Origin: Octopus vulgaris
Taxonomy: Eukaryota
Direction of reading: 5' to 3'
NCBI GenBank assembly: GCA_951406725.2
Contig: OX597817.1
Coordinates: 7,874,001-7,938,000 of the forward strand
DNA length: 64,000 nt
Within the stretch, counting starts at the first letter, position 1; each line of letters begins with the position of its first letter. The position numbers and the translations under genes were made by a program. The notes under the pieces are model-generated. The model saw only the letters and a list, made by a program, of their open reading frames with translations, made no database searches and had not been told where the DNA came from. Of this stretch, positions 58,355 to 64,000 are shown one piece after another.

Positions 58355-59570
58355 CATATATACACAGATATATGATTAGAAAAACAATGATGATGATGAT
58401 GATGATGATGATATATTTTTACACTGATAATAATGATAATGATGACAATAATAATAATAATAATACAACATTTTATTTTGCCACAACAACTGCCTATCAT
58501 CATGACAATACAGGAGGAACATATCAAGATCAATACATTTACAAAAGAAAATACTGTGTACAATAGACATTGACAAGAAGCAAGAGACGGATGGTAATGA
58601 TAATAATGATGATGATCTCGCAAACAGTACAGTCTTAAAATCCTAATTCAATGTTGACATAACATTAACAATGAGTATAAAGGTTAGATGGGGGGATGTG
58701 GTGATTTAGGAAATCATTACACTATATATAGAGAGTTTTGTGTGTATATCTGAGAGTTGGGGATAAAAATAGGGAATTCTTGATTGCTTTACTGTGAGCA
58801 ATTCAAAGTCTTAAATTCCATGTTAATTTGATATTTATATTCTATATACATATGTAGTTGTATACAAACTCACAAAAAATTACATGTACTTATACACAAC
58901 ATATGCATATCTATCCTATACATATATATATATGATGCATAATGCATATCTATCTTATACATATATATATGATACATATTTATAAATTATACACTTGTTC
59001 ACACATACACATGTGGATATATACAAATATGTTTTCTTACAATTAAAACTTAAATGACCGACACATTTAAAAACATGTTAAAAATTAAATACACAAACAT
59101 ACAAATAGGAGAGTGTCTTAACATTACTGAAAACTGATTGTGGTTACTTCTTAAATATATGTATGTGTATACATACATAACATATATGTACATGTGTGCG
59201 TATGTATGTATTTATGCATATATGTGTGTGTGTGCATATTTATATTTATATATATATACACACACATACATGTATGTATTTATGTATGTCAATTGTTCCA
59301 TGTTTATGTTTAAAAAAAAACAACAGAAAACTGGAAACTACAGCAGCATTTTTTATTGGTTATGACAAATGTATTAAGACAATAAAAATCCCTACAAAAT
59401 CAGTCTTGTTTCCTTGACAACACAAGTCATTGAAGCATGCTCACTGATAGTGTAAAGTGAAAGAAAAAAAGATAAATACTATTAGAGTAATTATTTTAAC
59501 AGATACACTTCAATATTTATGCTTATATACACACACACAAACACACGCACACACACACACACACACAAAC

Positions 59571-59609
<39 letters not shown>

Positions 59610-59614
<5 letters not shown>

Positions 59615-59746
59615 GAATAAATGAAAGAATGGAGTTGAACGAAGATGTTAACAAAATTCCTTTACTCTCGACATATGTTTCGAAGACAGAGTAAAGGAAT
59701 TTTGTTAACATCTTCGTTCGACTCCATTCTTTCATTTATTCATATA
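59610..59746. repeat. Near-perfect 59-bp inverted repeat with a 19-nt loop
   Basis: Arms 59610-59668 and 59688-59746 differ at one position. Confidence 0.93.
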
Positions 59747-59894
59747 CAACACACAAATTTCTACACATGAACCCGGAGTTTCTACCCTTGACAGGTCGCT
59801 TCAACCGTGTTTCTGATGTGAATTTGTTACCCAGGTTTCGGTTAAACGAATTTTCTATGCTGACAATAAACATAGGATAATTTATTTACCTACT

Positions 59895-59935
<41 letters not shown>

Positions 59936-60376
59936 ATGCATATATATGCGTATGTGTGTGTGTTTATAAATATATATATATATGTACAGACATATATATA
60001 TACATGCACACACACATATATAAAAATATAAGCATTAATACATATATACACAAATATACTCATACATTTAAGGTAAAACCATCTGTTTTTGAAAATACAT
60101 TGCAACTTTGAATATTACGCTTAATTAAGCAATTGAGCAATAAAAAGAAAAAAACAACTGATTCCAATTTTGGAATATTGAAAATGATATACAAGACTTC
60201 CTGTCAGTTGCCAAAATTGACTGGTGGCTTACTAGATTGTTCTCAATTGTCTGAAATTGTCAGTTCAGGTGTATTTATCTGATGATTGTTGAAATGTTTA
60301 GTTAAACATGAAACTCAGAGTCACAGTATATTTTCTCTAACAAACTATATTATCTTGTATGTCTACATACATACAA

Positions 60377-60419
<43 letters not shown>

Positions 60420-60462
60420 TATTTCGGAATGGTCATTTTGCCAGTTTAGCCAATATATAAAC

Positions 60463-60506
<44 letters not shown>

Positions 60507-60597
60507 CACTCTGCTTATGTAGTCTGTTTTTGTTGATGTGATCAAATTTTGTACATATGCATACACACAAACATACATACATGTGTGTGTGTATGTT

Positions 60598-60629
<32 letters not shown>

Positions 60630-60924
60630 CGCATGTGTGAGAAATGTACAGAAATCTTTTCTCAAAAGAAAAATGTCCAGTAAAAGAAGTGACCACAGTC
60701 AATTAAGTATTTTTTTTTTCACGTTATTTTCATATTTACTTAGTGTTTTACTATTATTTTTTTAAAAACAAAAAAAAAAAAACAGATTAATTATGGAAAC
60801 AATTGACAGTTCCTCAGCCATGAAAGAAATTAATAAAATACAAATGATAAAAATAAACTTTACAAAAAATATCAATATATATAAATGAAAATCTAAATTT
60901 TAAAAATTATGATATGTATATATA

Positions 60925-60980
<56 letters not shown>

Positions 60981-61149
60981 TATCATTCACAAGTGAATAA
61001 TGATCCTTGAAAGGAGATTGTTTTTTGTTTTTGTTTTTTTTTCTGGATTGTTTTTTTTTCCTGTTTTCTTAAACATACTTTGTTCCAAAACTTTAAATTA
61101 AAATCACTTTTTTCAACCTATAAAAATGTTGTTTTTATTTATTTCATGC

Positions 61150-61181
<32 letters not shown>

Positions 61182-61210
61182 CAGTTGTTTGTTTGTTTTC
61201 TTTTATATTA

Positions 61211-61811
61211 CCTATTTCTTTATTACCCACAAGGGGCTAAACACAGAGAGGACAAACAAGGACAGACAAATGGATTAAGTCAATTATACCGACCCCAGTA
61301 AGTAACTGGTACTTATTTAATCGACCTCGAAAGGATGAAAGGCAAAGTCGACCTCGGCGGAATTTGAACTCAGAACGTAGCGACAGACGAAATACCTATT
61401 TCTTTACTACCCACAAGGGGCTAAACACAGAGGGGACAAACAAGGACAGACAAATGGATTAAGTCGACTATATCGACCCCAGTGTGTAACTGGTACTTAA
61501 TTTATCGACCCCGAAAGGATGAAAGGCAAAGTCAACCTCGGCGGAATTTGAACTCAGAACGTAGCGGCAGACGAAATACCTATTTCTTTACTACCCATAA
61601 GGGGCTAAACACAGAGGGGACAAACAAGGACAGACATAGGTATTAAGTCGACTATATCGACCCCAGTGTGTAACTGGTACTTAATTTATCGACCCCGAAA
61701 GGATGAAAGGCAAAGTCGACCTCGGCGGAATTTGAACTCAGAACGTAGCGGCAGACGAAATACCATTAAGCATTTCGCCCGGCGTGCTAACGTTTCTGCC
61801 ATCTCGCTGCC
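61211..61811 (-). mobile_element. Young family B SINE with three tandem 184-bp body units
   Basis: Units start at 61211, 61395 and 61579. The single tRNA-like head is at about 61763-61811. Confidence 0.9.
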
Positions 61812-62025
61812 TTTTCTTTTATATTACCACTGTCCCGTTGGTTGTTGATGTTATTGTTTTTTTAACCCTCAGTCAGTTCTAGTTAAGGAGATCTAGAAAT
61901 CAAGGTAGAATGTCAAGTCATTTGAGGGAAAGCTGGTTGCTATTTCTACCAGATTAAGTGACTGAGTGGTAGCTTCTTTGTTGACTGTTATTGTTGTTGC
62001 TATTGCTTTTGTTTGTTTGTTTGTT

Positions 62026-62363
62026 GTGAATGCACATGGCTCAGTGTTTTGGGTGTCAGGCTCACAATCATGAGGTAGTGAGTTCAATTCCTGGACCAGA
62101 CTGCATGTTGTGTTCTTGAGCAAGGCACTTTATTTCATGTTGCTCCAGTTCACTCAGCTGTAGAAATGAGTTGCAACATCACGGGTGCTGAGCTGTATCG
62201 GCCCCTTTGCCTTTCCCTTGGATAATGTCAGTGGTGTGGAGAGGGAAGGCTGGTATGCATGGGCAACTGCTGGTCTTCCATAAACCTTGCCCAGACATGT
62301 GCCTTGGAGGGGAACTTTCTAGGTACAATCCCATGGTCATTCATGATTGAAGGGGATCTTTAC
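62026..62363 (+). mobile_element. tRNA-derived SINE with a CORE/Meta-like central domain
   Basis: A-box TGGCTCAGTG, B-box GAGTTCAATTCC, central tgtgttcttgagcaaggcacttt...cactcagctgtagaaatgagt. Confidence 0.72.
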
Positions 62364-62606
62364 ATTGCTTTTGTTATTGAAGTGGATTGGTAACGTAATC
62401 ATTAGAGCATCAACCAAATAAACACATAGTATTTAGTTATAGCCCTTTATGTTCTGAGTTGAAATCCTGCCAGAATCTTTCCATGGTCAAAACAGTACCA
62501 GTGAAGAACTGGCAGTCAGTATAATCAATTGTTTCCTTTCTCCAAGTTTCTAACCCTGTTCCATGTAAGAAATCCTTTTCTCAAGCATGGCAATGTAGTT
62601 CTATAT

Positions 62607-63113
62607 AATAATAATAATAATAATGAAATTATTGTATACAGTGCTCAGGTGCACCACAACTTGTCAAAAGTGCGTATAAAGCATATGCAGTAATGTACAA
62701 ATCTCTGGAAAGTGAACAGTGTATGAGGGGAGAAAATCAGGTGTAGTGTTGGCGAATCTCAGGAAGCATGGAAGTTTTGAAGGATGCAGGGCTCTGACAA
62801 CTGACAACTGATGACGGCAGTTTGTTCCATGCTTCAGCAACTCTTAGCATGAAAAAATGTTTCCGAAAGTCATGGGAGCTGTGCTGTTTTCTGACTTTGT
62901 AAACATGTCCACGGGTGTTAGACAGGTGGAGTTTGAAAAGGTGCTCAGAGTTATTGTTAGTAAGATGGTTAATAATTCTATGGGTGTCTGCCAAGTCAGC
63001 TGCCAGACATCGGGGTTTCAATGTATCCATGCCCAGGGAAGTAAGGTATTCAGAATATGGTAGATGCCTGATGGAGGGTATTCTTTTGGTTGCACATCAC
63101 TGAACGGTTTCTA
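62607..63113 (-). mobile_element. 3' end of a CR1/L2-type LINE with an (ATT)n tail
   Basis: Translates ATKRIPSIRHLPYSEYLTSLGMDTL...NTRGHVYKV...FFMLRVAEAWNKLPSSVV, a typical CR1 ORF2 C-terminus. Confidence 0.88.
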
Positions 63114-63134
63114 GATGATGCACATATATTGATG

Positions 63135-63965
63135 ACTGTGTGGTTAAGAGCTTTGATTCTCAAGCACATGCATACTGGTTCAGTTACACTGCATGGTACA
63201 CTGGGCAAGTGCCTTCTGCTATAGCCCCAGATGGACCAAATTCTTGTGAGTGGATCTGGTAGAGAGAAACTGAAAAAAGCCAGTCCTACATGTGTGTGAC
63301 TGTATGCATATATTTGTGTCTCCATGTCTTGATATCGCATGATAGCTGTAAATGAGAGACACTGACATACATGCAGTGTTATTCATTTCCAATATTCTGC
63401 AAAAGCATGTCTGGCCATGGGAAAATACTTTGCTCGGAAACAGATGAGAGTTAGCAACAGGAAAAGCATCCGGGCATAGACAATCTGCCTCAGTTACCTC
63501 TATACAACCCATGCAAGCATGGAAAAGTGGATATTAAAACAATGATGATGCCAGTACAGCCTTGACTGGCGTTGGTGCCGGTGGCACATAAAAAGCACCA
63601 ACCGATCGTGGCCGTTGCCAGCCTCCTCTGGCCCCTGTGCTGGTGGCATGTAAAAAGCACCCACTACACTCACGGAGTGGTTGGCGTTACAAAGGGCATC
63701 CAGCTGTAGGAACACTGTCAGATCAGATTGGAGCCTGGCTTCCCAGACCCCAGTCGAACCGTCCAACCCATACTAGCATGGAAAATGGACGTTAAATGAT
63801 GATGATGATAATATATATATATATTACCATTATCATCACTCAACATCTGTTATCCATGTTAGTATGGGTTGGATGGTTTGACAGGAGCTAATTAGCCAGA
63901 GGACTACACCAAACTCTACTGTCAGCTTTGGTATAGCTTCTACATCTGGATGCCCTTTAAAATGC
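63135..63965. mobile_element. Cluster of SINE/RTE-tail elements (+63135-63550, +63551-63810, -63830-63965)
   Basis: Shared tail ccaacccat(g/a)c.agcatggaaaa.tggacgttaaa(TGA)n. Confidence 0.7.
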
Positions 63966-64000
63966 TAATCATCATCGTCATTGTTCGACCGTGGTCGAGA

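Overview
AT-rich, microsatellite-saturated eukaryotic DNA whose repeat families and KCNQ sequence point to a cephalopod (Octopus-like) genome. The only well-supported host gene is the 3' half of a + strand KCNQ (Kv7) potassium channel. It has a probable linker exon at 7759-7850, firm exons at 18200-18401 and 22043-22139, and a terminal exon at 26892-27572, followed by a probably very long 3' UTR. The remainder is repeats: several tRNA-derived SINE families, RTE and CR1-type LINE relics, two hAT MITEs with TSDs, and Helitron-like elements. It also holds a young (TAA)n-targeting R4/Dong-type retrotransposon in the last KCNQ intron and a train of related 3' fragments at 38-39.6 kb. Other elements are an apparently ORF1-only L1/Tx1-like element and an intact-looking type I hammerhead ribozyme at 51764-51852. 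The most interesting observations are: competing inverted SINEs bracketing two KCNQ exons; an in-frame internal donor that would delete part of helix D; recurrent fold-back duplications next to Penelope/hammerhead-like sequence; and a candidate signal-peptide first exon at 46706-46782. Nearly all ORF-track entries are microsatellite translations.
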